A stretch of DNA of 64,000 nucleotides, taken from contig JAVHNX010000033.1 in assembly GCA_036169735.1 (NCBI GenBank), forward strand, positions 27,827 to 91,826, read 5' to 3'. The position numbers and the translations under genes were made by a program. Shown piece by piece: positions 37,402 through 47,535 of this stretch. Each line of letters opens with the position of its first letter. Within the stretch, counting starts at the first letter, position 1. This stretch comes from Minisyncoccota bacterium. Its GTDB lineage: Bacteria > Patescibacteriota > Minisyncoccia > Phycocordibacterales > UBA9973. A model generated the notes under the pieces. That model saw only the letters and a list, made by a program, of their open reading frames with translations. It ran no database searches and was not told the origin of the DNA.

Positions 37402-38610
37402 CTAATTATTTAATAAATTTACTGCTTTCTCTAATTGTGGATCTTTTTTAAGTTCAGCGTCTTTTTGAGTATATTCAACTTTATAATCTGGTGTTAATCC
37501 CTTTTCAGAGATTGAGTTACCTTTTGGTGTTAACCATTTTGCTACTGTTATCTTTAAAAGAGTGTCTGGTGTTATATTTATTACTTCTTGTACTGATCCT
37601 TTTCCGTAACTTTGTGTTCCGACTAATTTTGCTTTTCCATAGTCTTGCATAGCACCTGCAAGAATTTCTGAAGCTGAAGCTGAACCGCTATCCATCAATA
37701 TCACAAACTTTAATTTATCAGTAAAAACATCATAACCAGCACTTCTGTATTGTTTAGCTTTTTCACTATTTCCATAATCCTCTGTAACAACAACCTTTCC
37801 CGATGGGAGAAACCAACTTGCCATACTTACGGCTGCATCAAGATACCCACCTGGGTTACCTCTTAGATCAAGAAGCATTTTATTACTTTTTGAATCAGCA
37901 AACTGTTTTATAGCATCTCGGAAAAGATCAGCGGAAGTAGCAGAAAAACTATAAAGTTTTATTACAAAGACTCCATCAGGACGTAGTTCAGTATCAAGGG
38001 TTGGTGTATTGATGGTGTCACGTACTATTTTTATTTCCCTTGGTGCTTTTTCACCATCTCGAAAAATAGTAAGTGCAACTGTTGTGCCTTTTTCACCTCT
38101 AATAAGTTTTATTGCTTTTTCAATACTCAAATCGGAAGTAATCTTAGCATCAATTTTTAAAATTTTGTCCCCTGGTTTGATATTTGCTTTGTATGCTGGA
38201 GTATCTTTAAGTGGAGCAATAACTGTAAGTATTTTGTCTTTTATGCCAACCTCCATTCCAACACCACTAAAATTACCAGCGATATCATCTTGAAACATTT
38301 TTGCTTCTTCTGGGGCAAAGAATACGCTGTATGGGTCATTTAAAGAGCCTACAAGGCCTGAAATGGCTCCATAAACTCTACTTTGGTCAGTTATCTTGCT
38401 AGCGTTTGGTGATTTTTCATTTATTGTGTTCCATGCTTTCCAAAATGGTGAAAAATCAGCTTGAGTTGAAACTTCTGTTTCTTTCCCTAGGACGGATGCT
38501 TTACTTATCTCAGTGCGGTTATGGAATCCTATATAAATACCAAATGCAAAAAAGATTGCAACTAGTAAAATTATTGAGCTATTTTTTCTTATTTTAAAAT
38601 ATTCAAACAT
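37402..38610 (-). CDS. ctpA: C-terminal processing protease (S41A, PDZ)
   Basis: DPYS, GVG, DLRGNPGG, SASASE, GKGSVQ. Confidence 0.9.
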   Translation of the reverse strand: MFEYFKIRKNSSIILLVAIFFAFGIYIGFHNRTEISKASVLGKETEVSTQADFSPFWKAWNTINEKSPNASKITDQSRVYGAISGLVGSLNDPYSVFFAPEEAKMFQDDIAGNFSGVGMEVGIKDKILTVIAPLKDTPAYKANIKPGDKILKIDAKITSDLSIEKAIKLIRGEKGTTVALTIFRDGEKAPREIKIVRDTINTPTLDTELRPDGVFVIKLYSFSATSADLFRDAIKQFADSKSNKMLLDLRGNPGGYLDAAVSMASWFLPSGKVVVTEDYGNSEKAKQYRSAGYDVFTDKLKFVILMDSGSASASEILAGAMQDYGKAKLVGTQSYGKGSVQEVINITPDTLLKITVAKWLTPKGNSISEKGLTPDYKVEYTQKDAELKKDPQLEKAVNLLNN

Positions 38611-38646
38611 ATTTAAGTTGTGATATTAGATTTTTATTAATACAAA

Positions 38647-38928
38647 CTATTCGTTAAAGTTATTTTGGGATTCTTCTGTGTTTAGGTTTTCATCTTCTGT
38701 TTGATTTATTTTTTTCTTAAAATTGTGGTTTTCAGAAAAATTATCGAAGGATGTCTGTTTTTTGCCTTTTTCTGTCATTTTAAATTCTTTATATAGAATA
38801 TAAGAAAAATACATAAGTGCTAAACCTGTTAATGTAAATAAGGTATTTTTCCAAGCATATGGAAAACCTAAATAAGGCAGTACTGTTACCCAAATACCCA
38901 ACGTTAAAAGTGTTCTTACTTTTTGCAT
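38647..38928 (-). CDS. Small hypothetical membrane protein
   Basis: Two TM helices (LPYLGFP..WK); -10 TATAAT just upstream. Confidence 0.7.
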   Translation of the reverse strand: MQKVRTLLTLGIWVTVLPYLGFPYAWKNTLFTLTGLALMYFSYILYKEFKMTEKGKKQTSFDNFSENHNFKKKINQTEDENLNTEESQNNFNE

Positions 38929-38992
38929 TTATGCATTATACCGCGCGAGTATATAAATTTGCAACAAGTTTATTCTTGACTATTTTCATTTT

Positions 38993-40711
38993 TTATTTGA
39001 AATATTCCGGTGTATTTAAAGACATCCAGTCTAAAAGTTGGCGCATCACATATGGAGCCCCTACACCATTGGTGGAAGGACCAGATTCCATAAGAATAGT
39101 AAAAGCATATTTTGGATTTTCATAAGGAAAGAAACCCATTATCCAAGAGTTTACTTTGTTTTTTGCGACACCGAGCTGGGCTGTACCAGTCTTGGATGCG
39201 ACTTGAACATAAGGGACATTTAGTGCAACAGAAGTACCAATTTGAACACCTCTTCTCATTCCTTCGTGGACGACATCAAAGTATTCTTTCTTTAAATCTA
39301 TTTTTGTAACTTCTGCTTCTCTTATTGTATCTCCCAAAATAAAATGAGGAGTAACAAGTTTGCCATAATTCGCGATAGCTCCAGCAGCTCTTACCATTTG
39401 AAGTGGTGTGACCTGGAATCCATATTGGCCGATGGCTGTGTGATAAGTATCTCCTATTCTCCATGGATCATTTTTGAATTTCGTTAATTTCCATTCTGGA
39501 CTTGGAATTGTTCCATCGACTTCATCAGGTAGGTCTACATTTGTTTTTTTTCCTATACCAAAAAGCTCAGCGTATTTTTCAATATTACCAATACCAAGCC
39601 CTTTTTGTCCTTCGAAACCACCACCAATTTCATAAAAATAAACGTCGGAAGATACTGCGAGTGCTTGTCTCATGTCTACCCAACCATGTGCTTTCCAGTC
39701 TTTGAAAACAGTTTTTTGATCAGGGAAATATGGATTTGGTATAGAGATAGAACCAGTAGAAAGTATTTGTTTTGTAGGATTAATAATTTCTTCGTTTAGA
39801 GCCCCTATAGCGAAGAATGGTTTTACGATTGATCCTGGTACATAAAGTCCAGAAATAATTTTATCCATAAAGACTCCTCTTTTGTCTGTAAGATAACCTT
39901 TGATTATTGCACTGTCTTTCCCGAGTGAAAGTATTCCAGAATCATATTCAGGAAAACTGACTGATGTTATTATTTCGCCTGTATTTATATCCATAATGAC
40001 ACCAGCACCACCTTTAAAAGAATTACTTTCAGATAATTTTTTAATAAAAGTAAATAATTTACCTTGGATACGTGAATCGAGTGTCGTTACAAGATCCGCA
40101 CCTCGCATTGGAGCGTTTATGGTATTTTCTGACTGAACAGTTTTGCGGGCATTCATTTCGACTATCTTTGTTCCGTTTTCACCTTGCAATATATCGTTGT
40201 ATTCTTTTTCTAGTCCATCTTTACCAGCAAATTCATTACGCCAATAATTTCCAGATCTATCTTTTGCTGGGTAGCTTACATACCCTAAAATGTGTGAAAA
40301 TCCTGGTGTTAGATATATTCGACTCGAAAAATCTTCACCATCATCACTTTGTAGTGTAGTGTCCCCTATTTTTTTATTCCAGACCAATTCTTTTTTGTTT
40401 CTATCATAAATAATCCCTCTATCAGCAAAAATTATTTGTTTTTTTAATGTATTGTTTTCACTTCTATTGAAATACATTTCACCTTTATGTATTTGTAGAT
40501 AGATTAGTCGTGTAGAAAAAATAAGAGCACAAAATACAAAAGAAATACTTAGAAAAGTAATAGTTCTTTTAGAAATTGGTTTTTCAATTCTACCTTCAAA
40601 TTGTTGACTATCAAAATTTTGAAAATTCTTTGAATCAAGAAAAACCTCATCTGGCTCGACAAAAAAGTTTGCGTTTTTTATTCTTTTTTTTCTTAAAATC
40701 TTTCGAATCAT
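38993..40711 (-). CDS. mrdA: Penicillin-binding protein 2 (class B)
   Basis: RGIIYDRN, GKDGLE, PGSIVK, SSDVYFY, IGQ, KTGTAQ. Confidence 0.88.
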   Translation of the reverse strand: MIRKILRKKRIKNANFFVEPDEVFLDSKNFQNFDSQQFEGRIEKPISKRTITFLSISFVFCALIFSTRLIYLQIHKGEMYFNRSENNTLKKQIIFADRGIIYDRNKKELVWNKKIGDTTLQSDDGEDFSSRIYLTPGFSHILGYVSYPAKDRSGNYWRNEFAGKDGLEKEYNDILQGENGTKIVEMNARKTVQSENTINAPMRGADLVTTLDSRIQGKLFTFIKKLSESNSFKGGAGVIMDINTGEIITSVSFPEYDSGILSLGKDSAIIKGYLTDKRGVFMDKIISGLYVPGSIVKPFFAIGALNEEIINPTKQILSTGSISIPNPYFPDQKTVFKDWKAHGWVDMRQALAVSSDVYFYEIGGGFEGQKGLGIGNIEKYAELFGIGKKTNVDLPDEVDGTIPSPEWKLTKFKNDPWRIGDTYHTAIGQYGFQVTPLQMVRAAGAIANYGKLVTPHFILGDTIREAEVTKIDLKKEYFDVVHEGMRRGVQIGTSVALNVPYVQVASKTGTAQLGVAKNKVNSWIMGFFPYENPKYAFTILMESGPSTNGVGAPYVMRQLLDWMSLNTPEYFK

Positions 40712-40971
40712 TTGGGATAAAATTTAAGTTTCTTTTTTAAAAATTCAACTAAAATTAAAACAAAAAAAGAAATTATTAAAAATAAAAATATAGTTTGAAA
40801 GAGTCTATCTTCCCTCGCCCCAAAAAATAAATCAGAAATTAAAAATAAAAATACAACCTCCCAAAAGAAAGAGAAGATGATAATTCCTAGGAATGCCAAA
40901 ATGCAAGAAAGCCAAAAAGGCATAAATAGAATTGAGAGCAATAATACAAAAAAAGCTAATATTCGAAGCAT
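40708..40971 (-). CDS. Small polytopic membrane protein (position of mreD)
   Basis: Very hydrophobic; overlaps the PBP2 start by ATGA. Confidence 0.55.
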   Translation of the reverse strand: MLRILAFFVLLLSILFMPFWLSCILAFLGIIIFSFFWEVVFLFLISDLFFGAREDRLFQTIFLFLIISFFVLILVEFLKKKLKFYPK

Positions 40972-41009
40972 TATGTTCTTATATTACACGCTTGGTAGAA
41001 AAAAACAAA

Positions 41010-41867
41010 CTAGAAGATTTTATGCCATATAAAACGAACAAGAAAGAAAACAATAGCACCCAAAAGGCTGTAAAATATGAGTTTATTATTAAAAATAGCT
41101 GAAGATAAAGTAAGAAAGAAAAGCTCCACATATTTGAATGGTTTTAAAAATTTACTTTTATTTAAATTGGATGTAGTACTATTTTCTGCCGAGGTACTGT
41201 TATTATCTAGTGTTTTAATTTCGGTTTTTGTTGTTTCTTTTTTGTTTGCTGAATTTGTTCCCATATATTCTCTAAACCCATCGATAGCACTTGCTGTCAT
41301 TGATATAGGTTTAGCGATAAAATCAGGAGTTTTTTCGGCTATTATTTTTTGAATATTTTGTATCGCTCCTATGCTTGAATTATCTACGGTATCGTTTGTG
41401 TTAGAGTCAGGGGTAATAACTATTTTTATTATTTTTTCTACTGTACGTTCACTTTTTTCTGTTTCATTTTCTGTTAAAAGGATATCTTCGTATTTTCCTT
41501 TTGAAATTAAAAATTTTGCATTTTCTATTTTTCCATAAATTAAATGGTCACCAGCTGTTACTGTCCAATCAATAAAAATATCTTTTACTCCGTTTGCCGG
41601 CACTATAAAATTTTTTGTACCCAGAAAGGTAGTTTTATCAAAAAAGATTACTGTGCCTGAAATTTCTTTGCTGTCTGGGTTTATAACTAGAGTGTAAATT
41701 TTAATTTTATCTCCATCTAGAAATGGGTCTTTGGAATATCGAATATTAGCAGATGCAAAGCCTACATTTGGTGAACTTTGTGCTTTAGCTATACCACATA
41801 AAAATTTTACAGGAGAAAAAGAGATTAAAAGAATAAATATGAATAGGATTATTTTTCTTTTTCGCAT
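41010..41867 (-). CDS. Exported protein with Ig/CARDB-like domain and C-terminal TM
   Basis: Signal peptide, beta-rich segment, C-terminal hydrophobic helix. Confidence 0.65.
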   Translation of the reverse strand: MRKRKIILFIFILLISFSPVKFLCGIAKAQSSPNVGFASANIRYSKDPFLDGDKIKIYTLVINPDSKEISGTVIFFDKTTFLGTKNFIVPANGVKDIFIDWTVTAGDHLIYGKIENAKFLISKGKYEDILLTENETEKSERTVEKIIKIVITPDSNTNDTVDNSSIGAIQNIQKIIAEKTPDFIAKPISMTASAIDGFREYMGTNSANKKETTKTEIKTLDNNSTSAENSTTSNLNKSKFLKPFKYVELFFLTLSSAIFNNKLIFYSLLGAIVFFLVRFIWHKIF

Positions 41868-41890
41868 ATAGATATTCTATCATATTTTTA

Positions 41891-43375
41891 TTATTCTACG
41901 TGTACTTGTATATCCGTACGTTCTTTTTTAAGTTTAAGGAAAAGTGCAGCAAATGCTCCAACAAAGATTATAATTGCCGCCACTATAAAGACATAGTCAT
42001 AGGCATCTATTTGTGCTTTTAATGCTACAAGCGAAATATACTTTTGAATCTCAATTGGATCGTGACTATTTAGTTGGCTAAAGCTGTTAATGGTAAGCAT
42101 ATTGGTAGTGATCCTATTATTTAAAATTGTTGCAAAGATGGCTATACCCACAGCACCAGAAATATTTCGCACTAAAGCAAGAATAGATGAAGCAACCCCA
42201 ATTTCACTTTGAGGAACAACCGAAGCAATAATATTTGTACGTTGAGCCATGCCGAAACCGAGCCCAAAGGCCATTATCGATAATGGAATTATAATATCTA
42301 GAGCAGTTGATTTAGGGTCGAGATAAGAAAATAGAAAAATACCAATTGCTGCAATAAGAGTACTGGCAAATATTACATATCTAGATTGTACTCTTCCAGT
42401 TAGAAAGCCCCCGAGTGGTGAAGCGAGCATCATTGCGACAGCCATTGGCATAAAAAGGTAGCCTGATTCTGCTGCGTTGTAACCAAGGAAGGTTTGAGCA
42501 AAAACTGGTATAAGAAAAACACCACCCATCATACCCATGAAGACAATAAAATTATTTAGAAGTGCGTTGACGAAAGCAGGAATTTTGAAAAATTTAAGAT
42601 CAACAATCGGTTCAGGAACTTTTTGTTCAATTTTAATAAAGAGACCCAAAAGTATAATAGTAGAAAAATAACAGATCAAACTATAATTTGAACTCCAACC
42701 CCAGTCGGCTCCTTTGTCTAGAACTAACACAAGGGCTGAGAGCATTCCACCTAAACTTAATGCACCCCACCAGTCAAAGAATTTTGTTTTAACTTCCGAT
42801 CGTGATTCATTGATGAATCTAAGCGCCATATAAATACCAAGTATTCCGATTGGTAAATTTACCAAGAAAACAGACCTCCAACCAAAAGTATCAATAAGTG
42901 GTCCACCCAAAAGTGGACCAAAAACAGTTGCTGCAGCAAATGATGATGACCAGATTCCTAATGCTTGGGCACGTTCCTTACCTTCCTTAAAAGTTACTGC
43001 GATTATTGCCATTGCTGTCGGATAATCTGCGGATCCAGCAATCGCCTGAATAATACGAAAGAAGATCATGGAAGAAAGATTCCAAGCAAAACCAGCTAAT
43101 ACTGACCCAAGAATAAAAACAGAAAATCCAATAATATAAACTTTTTTTCTTCCAATAGTATCGCCAAGTTTGCCCCAAATAGGAACAAAAATAGCGTTCG
43201 CCAGAATATACGCGGTTGCAATCCATCCAGCAGAAGAAATAGTAATGCCGAAATCATTTATTATTTTTGGCAACGCTAAATTAACGATAGTTTGATCCAA
43301 TCGTCCTAAAAATGTTCCTATGATAACAGTGAGTAAAATCCACCATCGTAGATTATTCTTTGGTGGTATATTCAT
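41891..43375 (-). CDS. DHA2 (EmrB/QacA) MFS efflux transporter
   Basis: LDQTIVNLALP, GKLGDTIGRK, GP.LGG...GWR..F..NLPIG; about 14 TM helices. Confidence 0.92.
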   Translation of the reverse strand: MNIPPKNNLRWWILLTVIIGTFLGRLDQTIVNLALPKIINDFGITISSAGWIATAYILANAIFVPIWGKLGDTIGRKKVYIIGFSVFILGSVLAGFAWNLSSMIFFRIIQAIAGSADYPTAMAIIAVTFKEGKERAQALGIWSSSFAAATVFGPLLGGPLIDTFGWRSVFLVNLPIGILGIYMALRFINESRSEVKTKFFDWWGALSLGGMLSALVLVLDKGADWGWSSNYSLICYFSTIILLGLFIKIEQKVPEPIVDLKFFKIPAFVNALLNNFIVFMGMMGGVFLIPVFAQTFLGYNAAESGYLFMPMAVAMMLASPLGGFLTGRVQSRYVIFASTLIAAIGIFLFSYLDPKSTALDIIIPLSIMAFGLGFGMAQRTNIIASVVPQSEIGVASSILALVRNISGAVGIAIFATILNNRITTNMLTINSFSQLNSHDPIEIQKYISLVALKAQIDAYDYVFIVAAIIIFVGAFAALFLKLKKERTDIQVHVE

Positions 43376-43379
43376 AAAT

Positions 43380-44024
43380 TTATTTTATATAGATTGTAGT
43401 TTTTGCTGACATTCCATTTTTAAGTTCTGGATAGTCAGAAATATTGAAACGTATTTTTACATCAAACTTTTTTATTGGGCGTTTATCAGAAATAGAAAAT
43501 ACTACTCCTGTGTCATTAGAAGTTGGACTGACACTTTCCACTGCGCCTGTATATATTTTTCCGTCGAATGCATCAACAGTAAAACTAACATTTTCTCCAG
43601 ATTTAATTTTTTCTAATCCCTTATTTTCGTCTATTGATCCAATAATACGTAAATCTTCTAGGTGTATCATTGAAATGATTGTTTCTCCTGGTGTAAAAAA
43701 TTCACCGATATTGTTTTTAACAGATATAATTAATCCACTTTGTTTTGAAGTAACAATACTAGTTCCAACTAATGCAACAGGAGTATTAGCAGAAACTACT
43801 TCTCCTTCTGTTATATAGAGTGCATTCAATGTACCTGCTGTGTTTCCTGAAAGATTGGTAATTGGAGCGTTAACTACTGAATTTTCAATTAAAATAATTC
43901 CGTGATTAGATTGCCAAAAAATAAATCCACCTAATATTATTACTATTGTAGCAATCCCAATAATACTCTGAGTTAATGGTTTTTTAAACATACTTTCTTT
44001 TGCTGTGTTTTTTTCTTCATTCAT
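43380..44024 (-). CDS. HlyD/EmrA-like adaptor, short form
   Basis: TM helix, lipoyl-like halves with no intervening helical hairpin, beta-barrel ending LKNGMSA. Confidence 0.75.
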   Translation of the reverse strand: MNEEKNTAKESMFKKPLTQSIIGIATIVIILGGFIFWQSNHGIILIENSVVNAPITNLSGNTAGTLNALYITEGEVVSANTPVALVGTSIVTSKQSGLIISVKNNIGEFFTPGETIISMIHLEDLRIIGSIDENKGLEKIKSGENVSFTVDAFDGKIYTGAVESVSPTSNDTGVVFSISDKRPIKKFDVKIRFNISDYPELKNGMSAKTTIYIK

Positions 44025-44034
44025 AAATTTAAAA

Positions 44035-45111
44035 TTATTGTGATAATAGTTCAATTGCTGGAGTATTAGGTGTAGCAATTTGTCCAGCAGTTATTGATAC
44101 ATTTGTAATTGTGCCACTTACAGGAGCTGTGATAATAGTATTGTTGTACATTCCTTGAGCTATCTGAAGTGCACCTTGGGTTCCCTCAACTTGAGCTTTT
44201 GCTATTGCTAGATCCTCGGAACGAGCTCCTGTTATTTTTTGATCTAAAGATGCTTGTGCAGCATCCACAGCGCCTTGTGCTGTGGTAATTGCTTGAGTTT
44301 GATTTTGTAAAGCTAGCTGATACGCACTATGGTACGAAAGATAAGTTGAAGACTTTTTGTTGGGAATAGTAATTGTCCATTCTGCATTATTAGAAGAAAA
44401 ATTATTTGGAAATTGTATATAAAGTCCACGAGTACCAAGTGGTACTGCTAAAGTTCCAACAAAACCATTTCCATTTTCAAGTCCAGAGGCAGAAAAATAG
44501 TTTCCATTACCAGTTCCATAAATTGTAATAGTGTAAATTCCCTCTTCGGTTCCTGTATATGTTCCTGAGATAATAGGTGAACTAAAATCTACAGTATTAT
44601 TTGTTGTGGAAATTGCAGTAAGATCAGCATTGTTCATGCTAGAAATTGCATTTGTAACCAAAACTTTTTGTCCTGCCACAGTATTGTTGTATGCGTTTTT
44701 TGCATTGTTTAGAGCAACTCGAGCTATTTCTATATCAGGCGTTGATGTTCCGTTTACTAGTTTTTCATATGCATTCTGAACAGATGAATAGGCTGCCTTC
44801 GCTTGGTTAACTGCTCCTATCGCATTTTCAGCATCAAGACTTGCTAAAAATGCACCTGCTTTAACTTTATCACCAATTTTAACGGATACATTTTTAATTC
44901 GTCCTCCGACAGGAAAAGCGAGAGTTAGATCCTGCATAGGTGTATTATTTTTGGCCTCTATAATTGTAGGTACTGAATTTTTTGAAAATCTTTCAGAAAG
45001 TATTTTGTTGTGTGAAGTATAACTGTTATAACCAATAATAACTGCAATAATAAGTGTGATACTTAATATTATTTTGGGACTTTCTAATAATTTTTTGAAT
45101 AATTGTTTCAT
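44035..45111 (-). CDS. HlyD/MFP-family adaptor with inserted beta-rich segment
   Basis: LAFPVGGRIKNVSVKIGDKV, Ala/Gln helical hairpin, ITAPVSGTIT. Confidence 0.75.
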   Translation of the reverse strand: MKQLFKKLLESPKIILSITLIIAVIIGYNSYTSHNKILSERFSKNSVPTIIEAKNNTPMQDLTLAFPVGGRIKNVSVKIGDKVKAGAFLASLDAENAIGAVNQAKAAYSSVQNAYEKLVNGTSTPDIEIARVALNNAKNAYNNTVAGQKVLVTNAISSMNNADLTAISTTNNTVDFSSPIISGTYTGTEEGIYTITIYGTGNGNYFSASGLENGNGFVGTLAVPLGTRGLYIQFPNNFSSNNAEWTITIPNKKSSTYLSYHSAYQLALQNQTQAITTAQGAVDAAQASLDQKITGARSEDLAIAKAQVEGTQGALQIAQGMYNNTIITAPVSGTITNVSITAGQIATPNTPAIELLSQ

Positions 45112-45241
45112 TTTGTTTTTTGATTAATATTTTAATGATTTTATTGCGTGGAGTATAAGATTACCATAAAACCTTGACTTGTCAATGTTTTATTGATATT
45201 CCTTAACTATAAATCCTACTGTTACTCAATTGATGTTTTTT

Positions 45242-46525
45242 TTATTTATTAGAGGCGGATGTTCCTGCCACAAAGCCTGTTGTCCAGCATATTTGTAGAC
45301 TATACCCCCCAGAAGGGCGATCGATATTTAATATATCACCAATAAGATAAAGATTAGGAAATATTCTAGAACGCATTGTTTTGAAATCTACTTCATTTAG
45401 TGGAATTCCTCCGCTTGAAACAATCGCCTTATCTAAACCAAGAAGCTTGTCGATATGAATCGGTACATTTTTTAATAGATTAATAAGACTCATTCGTTCC
45501 TCTCGAGTTATGCTATTACACTGAATTTCTGGATTAATACCTGAAAGACTGATTATGACTGGTACTATAGATGATGGTATTAGATCAAAAAGACAATTTT
45601 TAAATTTTTTCTTGTCATTATCTTTAAATATTTCTTGAAGTTTTTTATTTAGTTTTTCTTGATCAAAATTTGGTAAAAGGTCAAGTGATATTATAACTTC
45701 TCCTAATTTAAGAAGTTCTCCAATTTTTTTGCTCATATTAAGAACTGTTGGTCCACTAATACCAACATGAGTAAATAAAATTTTACCTACTTTAGGAGGT
45801 AAACCACTTTTTGTGTTTTGTTTTATACCGTTTAAAAAAGTGGTTAGTTTAATATCGGATAGACTTGATCCAGCTAATTTTTTTACCCAGTGATCTTTTG
45901 TAGCCAGAGGAACTAAAGATGATTCTGTGTCGATGATTGTATGTCCGATATTTTTTAACCATGCATATGCATCCCCCGTCGAACCTGTCTCTGGGTGAGA
46001 TATTCCTCCAGTCGCAATAATAATATTATGAGCATTTATTATTTTTTTATTTAAAAGTTTTACACCAACAATAATATTTTCTTTTTTATTTTCGTCTGAC
46101 ATAACAAGGTCAATAACCGGAGAATTTGAAAGTATTGTCACTCCATTTTTTTTTATATATTCAACCATTACATTCCAAACTGATTGAGACTTATCACTCA
46201 CAGGAAAGACACGTTGTCCTGGTTCTATTTTTGTTTCCATGTTTCGGTTATGAAAAAAATCAAGTGTATCCTGGACATTCCATTGTGAAAAAGCAGAAAA
46301 TAAAAATTTCCCGTCGTCTTTAAATTTTTCAAGTAGTTTTCGGTTGTCGAATTCGGCATTAGTTACATTACATCTACCACCTCCTGTAATTAGGAGTTTT
46401 TTACCCAAGGAGTCATTTTTCTCAATCAAAATGACTTTTGCACCAAGCTCAGCTGCACGTCCCGCAGCCATCATCCCTGCTGGACCTCCTCCAATTACCA
46501 TGACATCCCAAACAAAATCTTTCAT
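45242..46525 (-). CDS. HI0933/BaiN-family flavoprotein
   Basis: IGGGPAGMMAA, GKKLLITGGGRCNVTN, TGSTGD, LFTH.G.SGP, GGYSLQ. Confidence 0.92.
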   Translation of the reverse strand: MKDFVWDVMVIGGGPAGMMAAGRAAELGAKVILIEKNDSLGKKLLITGGGRCNVTNAEFDNRKLLEKFKDDGKFLFSAFSQWNVQDTLDFFHNRNMETKIEPGQRVFPVSDKSQSVWNVMVEYIKKNGVTILSNSPVIDLVMSDENKKENIIVGVKLLNKKIINAHNIIIATGGISHPETGSTGDAYAWLKNIGHTIIDTESSLVPLATKDHWVKKLAGSSLSDIKLTTFLNGIKQNTKSGLPPKVGKILFTHVGISGPTVLNMSKKIGELLKLGEVIISLDLLPNFDQEKLNKKLQEIFKDNDKKKFKNCLFDLIPSSIVPVIISLSGINPEIQCNSITREERMSLINLLKNVPIHIDKLLGLDKAIVSSGGIPLNEVDFKTMRSRIFPNLYLIGDILNIDRPSGGYSLQICWTTGFVAGTSASNK

Positions 46526-46557
46526 AATTTATATGTTAGCATAGAAAAAATTTTTTT

Positions 46558-47529
46558 CTATTTTATCTCACAATTCACTTTAAGTTCTGCAAGGTCTGCC
46601 TCAGTCAAGGTTAGATTGTTGTTTTGGTTTAATTTGTACATTATTGCCTTGTGGTCATCTACGTGTCCTAGACCCAATGCGTGTCCTAACTCGTGAGCGA
46701 GTACTCTCACTAGTTTTTCTCTATTACTAAATTCATAAATATCTATTTTTTTATTTACACCATCACTTTGATACACACCTTCCTCAAAACTCTCTCCTCG
46801 AGTACCGTTGATTGAATTATATTCTTCCACAGAAAGATTGAGTGTATTTACTAGGCGATTTAAAACGACAACAAGAGCGTTAATCTCATCAACAATTTCA
46901 TTAATATGAGTTTGTAAATTATTTAATTGTATTACTTCAGCATCTAGTATAGATTTATCTGTTTGCAGGGCATCATATTCTTTCTTTGGTGCACCTCCCT
47001 GTTCGTTCCAATATTTTACCTGTTGTTCATAAACCTTCTGTTTTTCATTAAAAATAGTTACACGATTTTCATAATTACTCTTAGCTGTAGCGAGCTGTGT
47101 TTTTAGGTCTGTAAATTTTATTTTAAGTGAATCGTAAGAAGCTTTGTTATTCTCAACAACAATTCCCACACTTGCGAGTTTACTCGTCGCTTCTTGTCTG
47201 TAATCATAAACAAGATTTATTTTTAAATCTCCAGTATCGGATACATAAGTAAACAATTCCTTTCCAAAAGGTTTTTCCCATATGTTTTCCGCTTCAGATA
47301 AAGCACTTAAAAAATATTTTTCAGAAATACCAAACTTAGTATCAAAAGAATCAATTTTATAGGTAATGGGTTTAGAACAAGGAGTACTTAATAAATTAAT
47401 ATTAGTATTTATTTGATTAAAAATATTATCAAGGGGTGTTTCGATTTTAGTTCTAATACTGTCTCGATATTGATACAAAATAATACCGATAATTGCAATA
47501 GGAATAAAAATTTTTAAAAATTTTTTCAT
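46558..47529 (-). CDS. Matrixin-like (M10) zinc metalloprotease with coiled coil
   Basis: HELGHALGLGH plus Met-turn AIMY; N-terminal TM helix. Confidence 0.85.
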   Translation of the reverse strand: MKKFLKIFIPIAIIGIILYQYRDSIRTKIETPLDNIFNQINTNINLLSTPCSKPITYKIDSFDTKFGISEKYFLSALSEAENIWEKPFGKELFTYVSDTGDLKINLVYDYRQEATSKLASVGIVVENNKASYDSLKIKFTDLKTQLATAKSNYENRVTIFNEKQKVYEQQVKYWNEQGGAPKKEYDALQTDKSILDAEVIQLNNLQTHINEIVDEINALVVVLNRLVNTLNLSVEEYNSINGTRGESFEEGVYQSDGVNKKIDIYEFSNREKLVRVLAHELGHALGLGHVDDHKAIMYKLNQNNNLTLTEADLAELKVNCEIK

Positions 47530-47535
47530 AATTAT

